Positions 12,416 through 25,244 of a DNA stretch of 64,000 nucleotides are shown piece after piece (position 1 is the first letter of the stretch; every line of letters begins with the position of its first letter). Source of the stretch: Eledone cirrhosa (lineage: Eukaryota). Location: NCBI GenBank assembly GCA_964016885.1, contig OZ024744.1:114018001-114082000 (forward strand), written 5' to 3'. A model generated the notes under the pieces. It had not been told where the DNA came from. It ran no database searches and worked only from the letters and a program-made list of their open reading frames with translations. Made by a program: the position numbers and the translations under genes.

Positions 12416-15110
12416 GACATAAACAAAAAAACTATAGAGGCGATTTGGAGATATGAGATTTAAAACTCTAAACTCCGAACTACACTAGTTGAAACAACAA
12501 CTCACAGCTGCAGCAGAAAGACTAAAATAAATCAACAGCACATAAATGGCAAGTGCTAAATAGATTATTTACCAGAGATCCTAAATCAGTTTATTGTAGT
12601 TTCAATGGGAACAGCTCAATCTTTGTAAATGACACCCTTACAAAATAACAGGTTGAAAGCTACTGGCGATCTGTATGGGAAACAAATGATGAATTTGATA
12701 AACAAACTAAATGGTTAAAAAACTGGAACAGGAATACTGCCAGCATGTCCAGGCAAAGCAATATGACATAGGTGGGTCAATACTGGAAACAGCTCTGCAG
12801 AAAATGTTGAATAGGAAATCACCGGGCCCAGACCTTATAACAGGATACTGGCTGAAGAATTTCACCTTCTATCGGCAAGATCTCATACGGCTGTTTACAG
12901 AAACCATCAAAGGCACACAAGAACTGCACCAATGGTTGTCAACTACCAGAACTTTCCTCATCCCCCAAAATACCCTTGCTAAAAATTACTGCTCAATAGC
13001 CTGCCAAAACATCGAGTATAAATTATACACTGGGTGCCTTAATCTGTTCTTACAGGATCATTGTGCGATGAACAACATTATAAGACCTGAGCAAGCTGGG
13101 GGAGAAGAAGGAGGTGTGGGGCTCCATAGATCACCTGCTAACAAATAAAATGATACAGGAAAAAACAGCAAAGAATTGCAGGAACATGACTGTGGTGTGA
13201 CTGGACTATCAGAAAGCTTTTGATAGTGAACCTCATGGGTGTATTATTAAAGCTTTATAGTTAGCCAAAGTCCCACAACCACTAGTAGCTGCTGTTGCAT
13301 GCCTGACCAAGAACTGGTACACCAACTTGATCCTTAGGGGTGAGAAGGAGCAAATTAAGACTGATACAATACACTACCAGAAAGGCATCTTTCAGGGTGA
13401 TGACTTATCAGTGCTGCTGTTCTTCCTCTCACTAAACCCATTATCCTACCTGCTCACAAAACAAAGTGGTCATGGAAGTGGGTCCAGAAGTATCTCCCAT
13501 CTTTTCTTTGTTGATGACCTGAAGTTGTATGGGCCAAATATCAACTATATTAAAAAACAATTGGACCTCATTACACAATTTTCTGCAGATATCAGAATGA
13601 AGTTTGGTGAGTCCAAATGTGCATATTTGACAGTAAAACATGGAAGGGTTGTGTCCTCCTCTGGAAATCTAGAGATGAACGGCTTGACAATACAACCTCT
13701 ACAGTCAGGTGACAACTATAGATATCTTGGACAGAAGAATGTCAGATATGGTGGACCCATAAATAAGGGGAGAACCAGAACTGAATACCCCAGGAGAGTA
13801 AAGAAAATATGGTCATCAGAACTATCAGTGAACAACAATACATTGCTCACAATACTTATGCTGTGCCAATCCTAACACCAACATTTGGCCTGCTGAACTG
13901 GTCATTGTAAGAACTAATAGAGATGGATGTAAGAACTCGCAAGCTTCTCAGTGTTACTGGAAACTTTAACATCAATGGTGATGTGGATAGGCTATACTTC
14001 TCACGCAAGGAAGGTGGGTGGGGTCTAAAATCCATATTACCATCATACGAGACCCGAATAGTAACACTGAAGCAACATCTTCAATAGAAGAAAAAGGTCA
14101 GCAACCATCTTGCCCAGGTCTATGAGCATGAAGGAAATAATATTATTAGGATAGCGACTGATCTGGAGGAGAGATATGGAATAAGGGATGATATAAATCT
14201 CTCTCCCAGGGAAATTGGAAGATCCTATTCAATGTTCAAACAGAATAAAAAAAATAGACCAATTTACAGAGAAAGTTGTACATGGGTACCTGAGACGAAA
14301 AACACAGACCATAGAGGGGATAAATCATCCAAAGATTCTGGCATGGAGTTCCAACAAGTTTATGACATCCCACCTTGAAGGATACCTCTATGTAATACAA
14401 GAACAAGAACTCCCTACCAAATATCTGCTTCTACAAAAGAGGAGGGCGATCAGTCGACAATAAATGTAGGCTGTGTAAAACAAGATTGAAGATGTTAGCC
14501 ACATTGTTGCCATCTGTGAAAGAATGTCGTCTCGCTACTACCTCCCCATGAGACACGATGGGATAGCTAGAACCATCTGGAACACTCCAAGGAAAACAAA
14601 ATTAAAAACAAATAGGGAGGAATATGTTGAGATAGATGGCACTAAGGAATATTGGTGGAACCTGAAAATAAAAACTGCCACCAAATTAAAACACAACCGG
14701 CCTAATATTGTTGTTTGGGGGCACACATTGAAAACATGCTCTGTTGTAGAGATCAGCTGCCCACATGATGTCAATGTTGTAAGAAAAATACAGGAGAATG
14801 TGGACATCTACAGACCATTGATGAGGAGTTTATAGATCCAGTATCCAAGATACACCTTCAGCTTCATACCCATCATTATTGGAGCTAGAGGTTATATACC
14901 AATCTACTTTGACCAAAGTATAACTGAACTTGAATTTGTGGACAAAGAACGCAGCTCCCTAATTCATAGACTACAAATGGCTGCGATAGCTGGAACCTTC
15001 AAAATTTGCAAAACATTCTTGCGATTCAAATGATGACGATTTCTTTTCTTTTACAACCTTGCCACCAGGAAGATGGCCAGTCAAAAATGTACTCGAAATT
15101 AAGAGAAACA
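12416..15110 (+). mobile_element. R4/Dong-like RLE LINE, degenerate (RT, CCHC, RLE)
   Basis: KSPGPDLITGYWLK, LDYQKAFDS, GIFQGDDLS, HLFFVDDLKLY, YRYLG, LEGYLYVIQEQE, RHD, HNRPNIV, EISCP; CATACATA at both ends. Confidence 0.9.
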
Positions 15111-15124
15111 TACATAGATGCAAG

Positions 15125-16170
15125 CTCTGCTAAGAATATTGCAATAGCTTGTCAGATTCAGATGCATGATGCTCAGATATGGCTTTTCAAGCTTGCTAGA
15201 GACTTGCACTCCCTCGCACTTTGGCGACAACTATGGATCTCCCTGGCCTCAGGTCCTGCATCAGGTTGCCTGTGAACCCTCACAACACCGTGGAGATCAT
15301 AGTTCACTGGTTCTCTTTGAACATGGCTGCGACTGTGGCTCCTGAGACCAGATTTGCTTAAGCAAATTTTTCCACTCTCAGGGCACTTCAATTCAATGAA
15401 GTCACCGATCATTTCAAGGGATACACCAGGGAATTGCTTATGCACATCCCATTTGATCTTCTCATGGTCTATGCACCTGTCCTCAAAATTATGGACCCCA
15501 TCATTTACCTTTCCACGCCAAGTTTCTCTTTCAAGAGCTTCTTCTTCCTAGTCAGCCATCATCAAACCAGTTTTTTTCAATGAGACCTTTACACAATCCT
15601 TGAATCGGAGCTTTGGCTTGTAAGGTGGTCTCTTACCCTCACAAAGCTCGCCATACAAGAGTTGTTTTGGGATTTTGATCATCCTCCATTCTGCAGAGGT
15701 GTCCGGTCCATCGCAAATGCCATTGGTGGATGATACTCTCAATGCTCCGACACTCACTTCTCTCAAGGACCTCAACATCACTCACATGTATCTGCCACTT
15801 GATACCGAGCATCTTTCTGAGACACTGTTGGTGAAACCATTCCACTCTGTGGATATGGCGTTTGTAGGCAACCCATGTCTCACACACATACAGCAAAGCT
15901 GACAGTACACATGCAGCATACACTCTCACCTTGGTCCTCATTGTGATTCCTCGCCTGCACCAAAGACGGTCGTTGAGCCTTCCAAATGACTCACTTGCCT
16001 TACTAACACGTAGACCAACTTCTGCATCCAGAGAGCAGGCCACACTCAGTGTACTCCCCAAATACACAAATGTGTTAGAAGCCTTCAGCTTTTGACTGTA
16101 TATGTATATGGTGGGTTCATTGAAAACTTTATTCGGAGCAGGTTGGTTCATGACGACAGTCTTCTTCAGA
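15125..16170 (-). mobile_element. RTE/BovB-like LINE 3' fragment with C-terminal C2H2-like fingers
   Basis: KKTVVM, FVYLGSTLS, ASESFGRL, LLYVCETW, HLRWTGHL, PKQLLYGEL; CPESGKIC..GLRSHSRSH. Confidence 0.85.
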
Positions 16171-16199
16171 CATACATACATACATATATGTTGATTGCT

Positions 16200-17530
16200 A
16201 TTTCTCATCAGAAGGGTGACATCCTTAAACTGCTTCTTTGGTTTATGTTGTGGCCTTTTTCCTCTGGTCAGTTAGGCAGCCTTCGATCTTCCATCCTGAC
16301 CACATGACCCGCCCAACACATCTGGTTCATAATAATCCTCCTCTCAATACTGGTGCTACCTGCTTTCTCAAGTTCCACAGCATCAGGTGTGTAAGACGAC
16401 CACTTGATGTTTAGGATGAGTCGTATACAATGTTGATGAAATCTTTCCAACTGCCTCATATGATGCCTGTCAGTTCTCCACGTTTCTCATCCAAATAGCA
16501 GGGCTGTAAGAACACAGGTCATATACATAGAGAGCTTTGTGTTTCTTGTTATACCCTGGTCTGACTCACTTCTCAAGCTTCCAAAAGGAAAACTCTCTTT
16601 CACAATCCTGTAATATATTTCAGCATCGAGGGTACCATCTCTACTAAGTGTACTCCCAAGATGTACAAACCTGTCCACCACCTCAAGGCTTTTTCCTCCC
16701 ATGAAAACATCTGGCTCCACATACACTTTCCCACTGGTGGAGTGTACACGACCTTTGTGCAGTATAAGCATTGGGAAAGGTGTCCAATATCAACTGCATG
16801 TCCTCTACTATGTGAGCCAAAAAATCAGCATACAGGAACTCCCTAACAAGAGTGCCAGATGTTTTAGACTTAGTGTTAAACCATGTTAGATTAAAGACTT
16901 TGCCATAGGTTCCAATTCGCAAGTATACACCGATTTCGAAGTCTTGGAAGGCATATGTCAGCAGTTCCGTAAACTAGATGGAGAACAGAGTGAGTGCAAG
17001 TATGTCATCTTGTTTAACACCTGAATATTTCAATAAATCCATGAGAGCATCCAAGTTTTCCCCAATACAACCCACAATGCACTACAATTAACAGTATCAA
17101 AGGTTTTGAAAGGTCCGCAAATACTTGGTAAAGTGGCACTTGCAGCTCAACACACTTCCCCATAAGCTGAAGGGCTGAGAAAATCATGTCTATAGTACTC
17201 CACCCAGCTCTGAATCCATACTGGGTCTCAGGGATGGCACCAACGCAGATCCATTTTATTAGACAATTCAGCAAGACTTTGGATAAAACTTTTCCTACTG
17301 ATTTGAGCAGACTTAGACCTTGATAATCACTACATTCAGACTGGCAGCTGTTGCCCTTGTAAACCAAGAGCAACATTGCATCCACCTAGTCATGCAATAC
17401 AGGCTCGCCATGCCATAGATAAAACTAGCCCATGAATGGCCATAGCAACATTGTCTCCTCTAAAGTAGATCAGCTCAACAAGAATTCCATCCTAAACCTG
17501 GAGCTTTCCCTACATTTATCTCTGATAGTA
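16200..17530 (-). mobile_element. RTE/BovB-like LINE fragment (RT region), separate copy
   Basis: YQGLSLL..GKVL, PETQYGFRAG, DMIFS, EFLYAD, FVHLGSTLS, LERFHQHC, WAGHVVRM. Confidence 0.85.
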
Positions 17531-17787
17531 GACCTTATCTCATCATACAGAAATGACCATACACACACACATGTCCATTATTGAGTCTACATCTAGAAAT
17601 GCTGTGATGGTGAATACAGAAGAGTATAAAAAATTTAAATGTTCTGCTATACATTCATTTATAAGTTTCATGACCACATTTCTAATAAAATACACTCTAT
17701 TTTAATTAATGAAGAATTTTGAGTGATTAACAAAAATTATTACTTATTTCATTACGAAGATGGCAACTCAATGTAAGATTTTAATTT

Positions 17788-18028
17788 TAATAGGAAACCT
17801 TTATAATGGGTGGTTTCATATGATAGAACCAGAGCTGGTTTTGGCTGGGTTGGTAACTAAAGGGTTAAATAGGGACTCTTTATAATGGGTGGTTTTATTT
17901 GATAGAACCAGAGCTGGTTTTGGCTGGGTTGGTAACTAAAGGGTTAAATAGGAACTCTTTATAATGGGTGGTTTTATTTGATAGAACCAGAGCTGGTTTT
18001 GGCTGGGTTAGTAACTAAAGGGTTAATT
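17788..18028. repeat. 79-bp tandem repeat x3, each unit ending AAAGGGTTAA (possibly an amplified MITE end)
   Basis: TTATAATGGGTGG starts at 17801, 17880 and 17959. Confidence 0.85.
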
Positions 18029-18274
18029 ATCTGTAAAGAGAGACATCTTGAGTAGAGTCATGTAAACAAGATGTCAACATTAGTTGTCACAAGTTATGTA
18101 AGCACCTTTAATCAGTTGTGTCACAATTCTTGAAGGTCCAGCCTTCATGACAACTTAATTCACACCACCACATCTCCACCTTCCTGCCCCCAACTCCAAA
18201 CCTCTGATAATATCTCTCAGACCTGTCTGATTCATCTGTAGCTGAATTTTTGTTTACAAAGCTGAAATGTAATA

Positions 18275-18380
18275 TCCTGCCGAGGTTGACTTTGCCTTTC
18301 ATCCTTACGGGGTCGATGAAATAAAGTACCAGTAACGCACTGGGTAATTGCTGGCCTTGTGCCTAAAGTAGAAACAATTA
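18275..18380 (+). mobile_element. SINE family A, 3' part
   Basis: GCCGAGGTTGACTTTGCCTTTCATCCTTACGGGGTCGAT...GTAGAAACAATTA matches 26600-26704. Confidence 0.88.
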
Positions 18381-18582
18381 TATAGCTGGTACTCCCTTAT
18401 GTAGTTACTATATACAAAACTAACTTACATTACATCAATCTACTCCATTATATAACTGGTACATTCTAGTGTAGTTAGTAGAGTGTTACACCCCACCCCC
18501 AACATTCAAAAACTAGGCCACACAGCTGATTATGAAAACAATGGAGTCTCACCAACCACTACAGCTACAACCTCCTTATACT

Positions 18583-18585
<3 letters not shown>

Positions 18586-18632
<47 letters not shown>
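18586..18632. repeat. (CT)n microsatellite
   Basis: Read directly from the sequence. Confidence 0.95.
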
Positions 18633-18636
<4 letters not shown>

Positions 18637-19081
18637 CTACTACACCTACAAACACTATTTCACATACGGTACAGTATAGTTGTTTATTTGTGTGATTCTC
18701 ACTCACCCACCCACCCGTACCCCTCTCCCTCCCTCTACATCCATCCGGGGTGTCTATTTCCCTGATATACTGCCCCTCCTCTACTCCACCCATCTTTCAT
18801 CTTGGCATTTCTATTATGTCTCGCTCCCCTTGACACACATTTAAAAAACTTTATCAAGTCACTCCTCCTAAGAACGGTGACTTTCTAATATTTTCTCCAA
18901 ACATTTCGACATATTTATCCCAGCAGAAGTTCAACCGAGCATCAACCATATTAGTTCCCCCAGTCAGGAGTAAGGTCTGTAAAGGTCAAAGGGTACTGCC
19001 CTTTCCCTTACTATCAATAAGTAAATAATTTTATATATTTACAATATAATCTGTATATAGGGTGAGTATATAGAGTGAATA

Positions 19082-21020
19082 TCATCATCATCATCATCAT
19101 CATCACCGATTTACGTCCGTTTTTCCATGCTAGCATGGGTTAGACGGGTTGTCCTGTTGTGGGCAGTGTCTGGTCGGCTGACCATGCCTTGCTCATACAG
19201 GAACTGATTTGGCTTGATTTCTACAGCTGGATGCCCTTCCTAACACCAACCTCATTTACAGTGAGTGCTGGGTGCTTTTTTGTGGCGCCTACACGTCCAC
19301 TTTACAGTGTGGGCTGGGTGCTTTTTTGCCGTGGCACCTCCACAACCACCTTGCGGTGGGGGGTGTGGGGCCATATTGTCTATATGCTTCAGCTTGTACC
19401 CATGGGAGGTCGGGTACTCTGTATTACTGCGTGATGTCAGAGGTCACGGTCGTGTGTCATTGCCTTTGAGAGGTGTAAGGTCGGCTTTTATCATCTCATC
19501 CCAGGTCATCTTGGGTCTCCCCAATCCGCGGTTTCCATCGACTTCTAGTGCTCTGCACCTTTTTATGCAGCTGTCATCCTTCATATGCATCACATGTCCA
19601 TACCAGCACAACCGCCTCTCCTGCACACAGCATTTGATTCCTCTTATGCTCAGTCTCTCTCTCAATTCATTTATGCTTTGTCGATCACGTATATTACTGT
19701 TACACATCCATCGGAGCATGCAGGCTTCATTTCTCTCTAATCTACGTAAGTCTTCCACCTTCAGCGCCCAGGTCTCACTACCATGTAACATTGCTGTTCG
19801 GATACACGCATCATACAGTCTACCTTTCATTCTGAAGGAGAAGCCTTTTGCAGCTAGCAGTGGTAGTAGTTCCCTAAACGTCTTCCATCCCGTTCTTACC
19901 CTAGTTATTGTACTTTCTGAACACCCACCTCCGCTGCTAATTCGGTCACCTAGGTAGCAGAAGCTGTCTACTGTTTCTACAGAGCCCTCCCAGAGATTGG
20001 TGGGACTTGTTTCCTGTGGCTGTTTGCTGCTTGCTGTCCCAGCACAGTTGCTGCATGTGAAGCCTACATTCTTAATTAAGCTTCCCGAGATTCTGCTACA
20101 TCTCTTGTGTACCCACTGTTTGCATTTAGGGCAGAGAATGGAGTTCCTACCTACACCTTTCCTACATACTGAGCAAGGCCATTTCCCTGAGGGGATCTGG
20201 GTTCTGTTTTCTCGTCTACTTATAAGGACCTTAGTCTTTGTCATGTTGACTTTGAGACCCTTTCTTTCTAGTCCCTGCTTCCAAGTTTGGAATTTATTCT
20301 CTAGTTCTACCATAGATTCAGCTATAAGTGCGAGGTCATCAGCATACAGGAGTTCCCATGGGCAACCGGTCTTAAACTCCTCTGTTATTGCCTGCAGGAC
20401 TATGATGAACAGGAGGGGGCTAAGAACAGAGCCCTGGTGGACCCCAACTTGTACGCTAAATTCCTCGCTATACTCATTGCTAATCCTAACTTTGCTGACT
20501 GCTCCCCTATACATGGCTTGTACAGCTTTCACAAGCCATTCATCTACTCCTAGTTTTCTAAGAGCCCACCAGATTACAGCACGTGGAACTCTGTCAAAGG
20601 CTTTCTCAAGGTCGACAAATGCCAAGTAGAGTGGCTTACTTTTAGCTAGGTACTTTTCCTGTAGCTGCCTCACAAGGAAGAGGGCATCAGTGGTGCCTCT
20701 ACCTGGTACAAACCCAAATTGCATCTCATCTATTTTCATCCGGTCCCTAATAAACTGTGCTATAACTCTTTGTTACTTTCATGACCTGGTCCATCAGCTT
20801 TATACCTCTATAGTTTCCTCTATCTAGTGCATCACCTTTACCTTTGTAGCAGTTGACAATGATGCTACTGCACCAATCTTTTGGTATGACACCTTCTAGT
20901 ATTACCTGGTTAACAATATGTGTGGTTATAGTGTGACCTACAGACCCAGATGCCTTCAGCATCTCGGCAGCTATACCCGATGGACCTGTTGCCTTCCCCA
21001 TCTTCATATCTATAAACATT
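19082..21020 (-). mobile_element. RTE-clade LINE (PHD-containing family), 5'-truncated, with complete 3' UTR and (GAT)n tail
   Basis: 431-aa ORF 19444-20739: QFGFVPGRGTTDA, DLEKAFDRVP, GVHQGSVLSP, LYADD, C4HC3 insert, FCYLG, LHGSETW, LCWYGHV; tail ACCCATGCTAGCATGGAAAA..GATGATGAT. Confidence 0.92.
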
Positions 21021-21047
21021 TCTAAATTAGGACAAAAGAATATTGAG

Positions 21048-21400
21048 AAATATGGTTGTTAGTTTCAACTGCTTAACATCTGTTGTGAAGAAGAAGATTA
21101 AATATGGTTGTTAGTTTGAACTGCTTAACATCTGTTGTGAAGAAGAAGATTAAATATGGTTGTTAGTTTGAACTGCTTAACATCTGTTGTGAAGAAGATT
21201 AAATATGGTTGTTAGTTTGAACTGCTTAACATCTATTGTGAAGAAGAAGATTAAACATGGTTGTTAGTTTGAACTGCTTAACATCTGTTGTGAAGAAGAA
21301 GATTAAACATGGTTGTTAGTTTGAACTGCTTAACATCTGTTGTGAAGAAGAAGATTAAACATGGTTGTTAGTTTGAACTGGTTAACATCTGTTGTGAAGG
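21048..21400. repeat. 52-bp minisatellite, ~7 copies
   Basis: ATGGTTGTTAGTTTGAACTGCTTAACATCTGTTGTGAAGAAGAAGATTAAA(T/C) repeated. Confidence 0.93.
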
Positions 21401-21409
21401 AGACTAAAG

Positions 21410-21950
21410 GTAAGATGGAGTTGAAGAGGTGTGTTGTTCTTGGAAGTAAAGACTTGCTATAATGTTTCAAGTGGGGTGTAGGTGTTGATGAACTAAGAAG
21501 ATACAAAGAAACGAAGGTGTAATCAGTAATATGTCCCTCAGTATATAGATTGTATGAGTTCTGTGACCTTTGTTTTTGGTTAGGGGATCAAATTAATTTT
21601 TGATAAGTGAGTATCCTTAGCAATATTATGAAAAGACCTTGGACATAGTCATGGCAACCAGCTAAGAAAATGATAACTTTGAATATATTCCAGCATGAGC
21701 AGGAGATGAGAACTTCACAATTTAGAATAAAAGTAACTAATCTTGGAAAATGGTACCTCTGAAAATAAATCTGTAAAGTGGAGTCTTGAACTCTGCAACC
21801 TACAGGGTAGGTAGCTCATTTAGGAGAACAGTAACGAGGGCTTCCAAGTGAAATATTGCAAGGGGAAACATGGCTGTTTTGGACATCATTTGGGCAGCTC
21901 TTCTCAAAATTTAAGAAGTTTTTGTTGAGGTCATCCTAAAAGTTGTTAAA
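21410..21950 (-). mobile_element. Possible highly degraded CR1/Jockey-group LINE 3' remnant
   Basis: The - strand reads HYSKSLLPRTTHLFNS, resembling the Y..SF.PRT...WN.L C-terminal motif; little other support. Confidence 0.35.
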
Positions 21951-22066
21951 GTATATTATCTTTTTCCTTTCATAAATGTGAAAATGCTTTTGTGGCCTTG
22001 TCCGGGGGGCACAGCCTCAACACGGCTGCACCCTAGGCCTTGAGGAGCTAGTATCCGATGGCCACT

Positions 22067-22517
22067 TGCTACAAAATCTACATTCTTAGATAGCTTGCCT
22101 GTGATCCCACTACATCTTTTATGTACCCATAGCTTGTATTTGGGACATTGGATTGAATTTCTATCTACTCCTTTCCTACACACTGAGCATGGCCATTTCC
22201 CAGAGGAGATCTGGGCTCTGTTCTGCTTTCTACATACCAGGAATTTAGTCTTTGTCAAGTTGACTTTAAGACCTTTTGATTCTAGGCCATGCTTTCATGT
22301 TTGGAACTTCTTCTCTAGTTCAGCCATAGATTCAGCTATGAGTGTTAGATCATCTACATATAGAAGTTCCCATGTGCAGCCAGTCTTAAACTCCTCTGTA
22401 ATAGCCTGTAGGGCAATAATAAACAGGAGGGGGCTCAGGACAGAGCCTGGTTGGACATCTACCTGCACGTAACATTCACTACAGTCATTGTTAATTCTAA
22501 CCTTGCTGACTGTTTCT
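22067..22517 (-). mobile_element. RTE-PHD family fragment
   Basis: PGSVLSPLLF, LYVDD, WPCSVC..WVHKRC. Confidence 0.88.
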
Positions 22518-22850
22518 CCTACCAGTGCCAGAGGAAGGCTTCTTCTACCCCCACCCCACACCTACCAGTGCCAGAGGAGGGCTTCCTACCCCCACCCCAC
22601 ACCTACCAGTGCCAGAGGAGGGCTTCCTACCCATACCCCACACCTACCAGTGCCAGAGGAAGGCTTCCTACCCCCACCCCACACCTACCAGTGCCAGAGG
22701 AGGGCTTTCTACCCATACCCCACACCTACCAGTGCCAGAGGAGGGCTTCTTACCCTCACCCCATACCTACCAGTACCAGAGGAGGGCTTCCTACCCATAC
22801 CCCACACCTACCAGTGCCAGAGGAAGGCTTCCTACCCGCACCCCCACACT
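22518..22850. repeat. 41-bp minisatellite, ~8 copies
   Basis: CCTACCAGTGCCAGAGGAGGGCTTCCTACCC(CC/AT)ACCCCACA at 22561, 22602 and onward. Confidence 0.93.
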
Positions 22851-23010
22851 TACACACTTAGCAGTGTAAAGAGTAATGGAATGAGATGGTTGACCCAACC
22901 ATCTCATTCCATTGCTCTTCACAACACCCATCACTGGCTTCCTTGTTATCCTCTCTCTCAGCAATACTCCACTCATCCACTTTACCATTCTCATTTTTAC
23001 TCTTTGCATC

Positions 23011-23570
23011 TGCTGCTCTATATTCTGGAGGATGACGGTAGGGCCCTGTTCGGAGAGGATGGGGGCTGCTCTATATTCTGGAGGATGACAGTAGGGCCCT
23101 GTTCGGAGAGGATGGGGGCTGCTCTATATTCTGGAGGATGACAGTAGGGCGGTGTTCGGAGAGGATGGGGCTGTTCTATATTCTGGAGGATGACAGTAGG
23201 GCCCTGTTCTATATTCTGGAGGATGACGGTAGGGCCCTGTTCGGAGAGGATGGGGGCTGCTCTATATTCTGGAGGATGGCAGTAGGGCCCTGTTCGGAGA
23301 GGATGGGGCTGCTCTATATTCTGGAGGATGACGGTAGGGCCCTGTTCGGAGAGGATGGGGGCTGCTCTATATTCTGGAGGATGGCAGTAGGGTCCTGTTT
23401 GGAGAGGATGGGGGCTGCTCTATATTCTGGAGGATGACAGTAGGGCGGTGTTCGGAGAGGATGGGGCTGCTCTATATTCTGGAGGATGGCAGTAGGGTCC
23501 TGTTTGGAGAGGATGGGGCTGCTCTATATTCTGGAGGATGGCAGTAGGGTCCTGTTTGGAGAGGATGGGG
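23011..23570. repeat. ~53-bp minisatellite, ~10 copies
   Basis: GCTGCTCTATATTCTGGAGGATG(A/G)C(A/G)GTAGGGCCCTGTTCGGAGAGGATGGGG repeated. Confidence 0.93.
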
Positions 23571-24323
23571 CCTGTTCCTTGAGGGAACTCACTCACCCCC
23601 TTAATACGACCCTGACTACACAAGTATAACATTACTGGTTCACTCGCACGACGATATTACTACAGACTTCCCGCTGTAGATCACTAACTTCATCTTATCC
23701 TGCAACATTACCGCTAGAACAGTTCTAAGAAAAGCAAAACATTTCAAAATAATATATTCATTGAAAGAAATTACAACCTTTCAAGGGCAGGAGAGAAATG
23801 TTAAAATACGAATATATAGGAAGAGGAGCAATGTAGTTTCGTCATAATTATGAATATAGTTTTAAATATTATTATTTTATTTGAAAATATTTAATAATAA
23901 ATACGGAAAAATAAATAATAATAAAATAAATTTGAAAGTGGTTAAAAATATAAAACCTCTAGTCAATGTGACTTAACGAAATAACGGCATATTTAAAATT
24001 AGAACCTTAGTTTCGTATTTTGCAATGGAGTCTCAAAAATTGCGGGAGCAGATAAAAGGGTGTGTTTATTATTATTTTTTTTATTATACTAATACGTATG
24101 CTTTAATTTTACGATATTTTCTATGATTTGATATTAAATAGATCGTATTTATTTTTGCAATTTGAAAAAAATTCCCCAGTGTTATAATTTTTGAAACTTC
24201 TATTTTCTTTCTTCAAAATAAGACTAAAACTTTCATTTCTAAATATTCTATATGTATGCTCATATTTCGGCCCTGAAAACATGGGTAGCGCTTTAGTTCC
24301 ATGTATGAACACACACACACATA

Positions 24324-24993
24324 TCTATTGATATAAAGTTGTATTCCTGTCTGTTTGTTTGTTAGTTCACGAACTCCTCCTATGGTTTTGGAGATAGTCC
24401 CCTATATATATTCTGAAACTACATTGCCCAGGGTACTTGGATAAGTATATTTCATTTTAATCAAGGGGTTCCCCGAGGGTTAAAACCTCCGCTGAAACCC
24501 CCCGCTTAATTTTTCCCCTTCGATTTATATGAAATTTAAACCATAGGTAAATGACAAGATATAATGCCTATTCACAAAATTTCAGCAAATTTCAATAATA
24601 TTAAGACACCCTGATGGGGTTAACCCCCCTATTACGGTTCTCCGCTGGCACAAATCTTCGCTGAAAAATTTTCCCCTTCGATTTATATGAAATTTAAACC
24701 ATAGGTAAATGACAAGATATGATGCCTATTAACAAAAGTTTTGAATTGATATTTTGAAAAAAATTATATACAAGAAACAAAATAAGAATAAGATTTAATA
24801 ATGTAATTTTGATTTGATATATTACAAAAAATAATGTTTTCCAATTTTTCATGCATTACATTTTACATTGAGTAATATTGAAATGCAGAGTTTTTCTCCA
24901 TAAATTATATCACTGATTTAAAATTAATCATCATTTTCTTACAAAAAAAAAAAAAATGCGTGAAACGCAGCAAGGCGCGGGTAATACGGCTAG
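24324..24993 (+). mobile_element. Non-autonomous Helitron-like element
   Basis: A|TC 5' end, TGTC/TGTT repeats near the 5' end, GC-rich subterminal stem, CTAG|T 3' end, internal ~80-100 bp duplication. Confidence 0.7.
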
Positions 24994-25244
24994 TATATAT
25001 CTATCTATCTAGGGTGGGTAAAATTCCCGAGATCCATGGACGAGTTCTCTCCAGCGGTCTCTGTCCCTCACTATCACTGCCATGTCCTGCGTCTCCAAGA
25101 GACCTGTGTCTGTCCTTAGGGCATCAACATATGTTAACCTCAGTCTTCTTCTTCCCCTGTGACAAACACAGTGAAGGAGGCAGAGGATTTGATGCAGGAG
25201 GTGGAGACAGTGTCGATGAGTGTGGGGCTGAGAATGAATGAGAT

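Noticed and set aside
19118-19957. Long antisense ORFs over LINEs (e.g. 19265-19957, 19997-20629, 2795-3556, 8559-9194)
   Set aside because: Shadow frames opposite recognisable retroelement coding sequence, with no independent motifs.
21400-21416. AAG|GTAAGA donor as the possible first MZT2 exon
   Set aside because: It lies at a minisatellite/LINE-remnant boundary with no convincing ATG-containing exon, so it cannot be supported.
22451-23632. Pro/His-rich and repetitive ORFs
   Set aside because: Translations of the 41-bp and 53-bp minisatellites.
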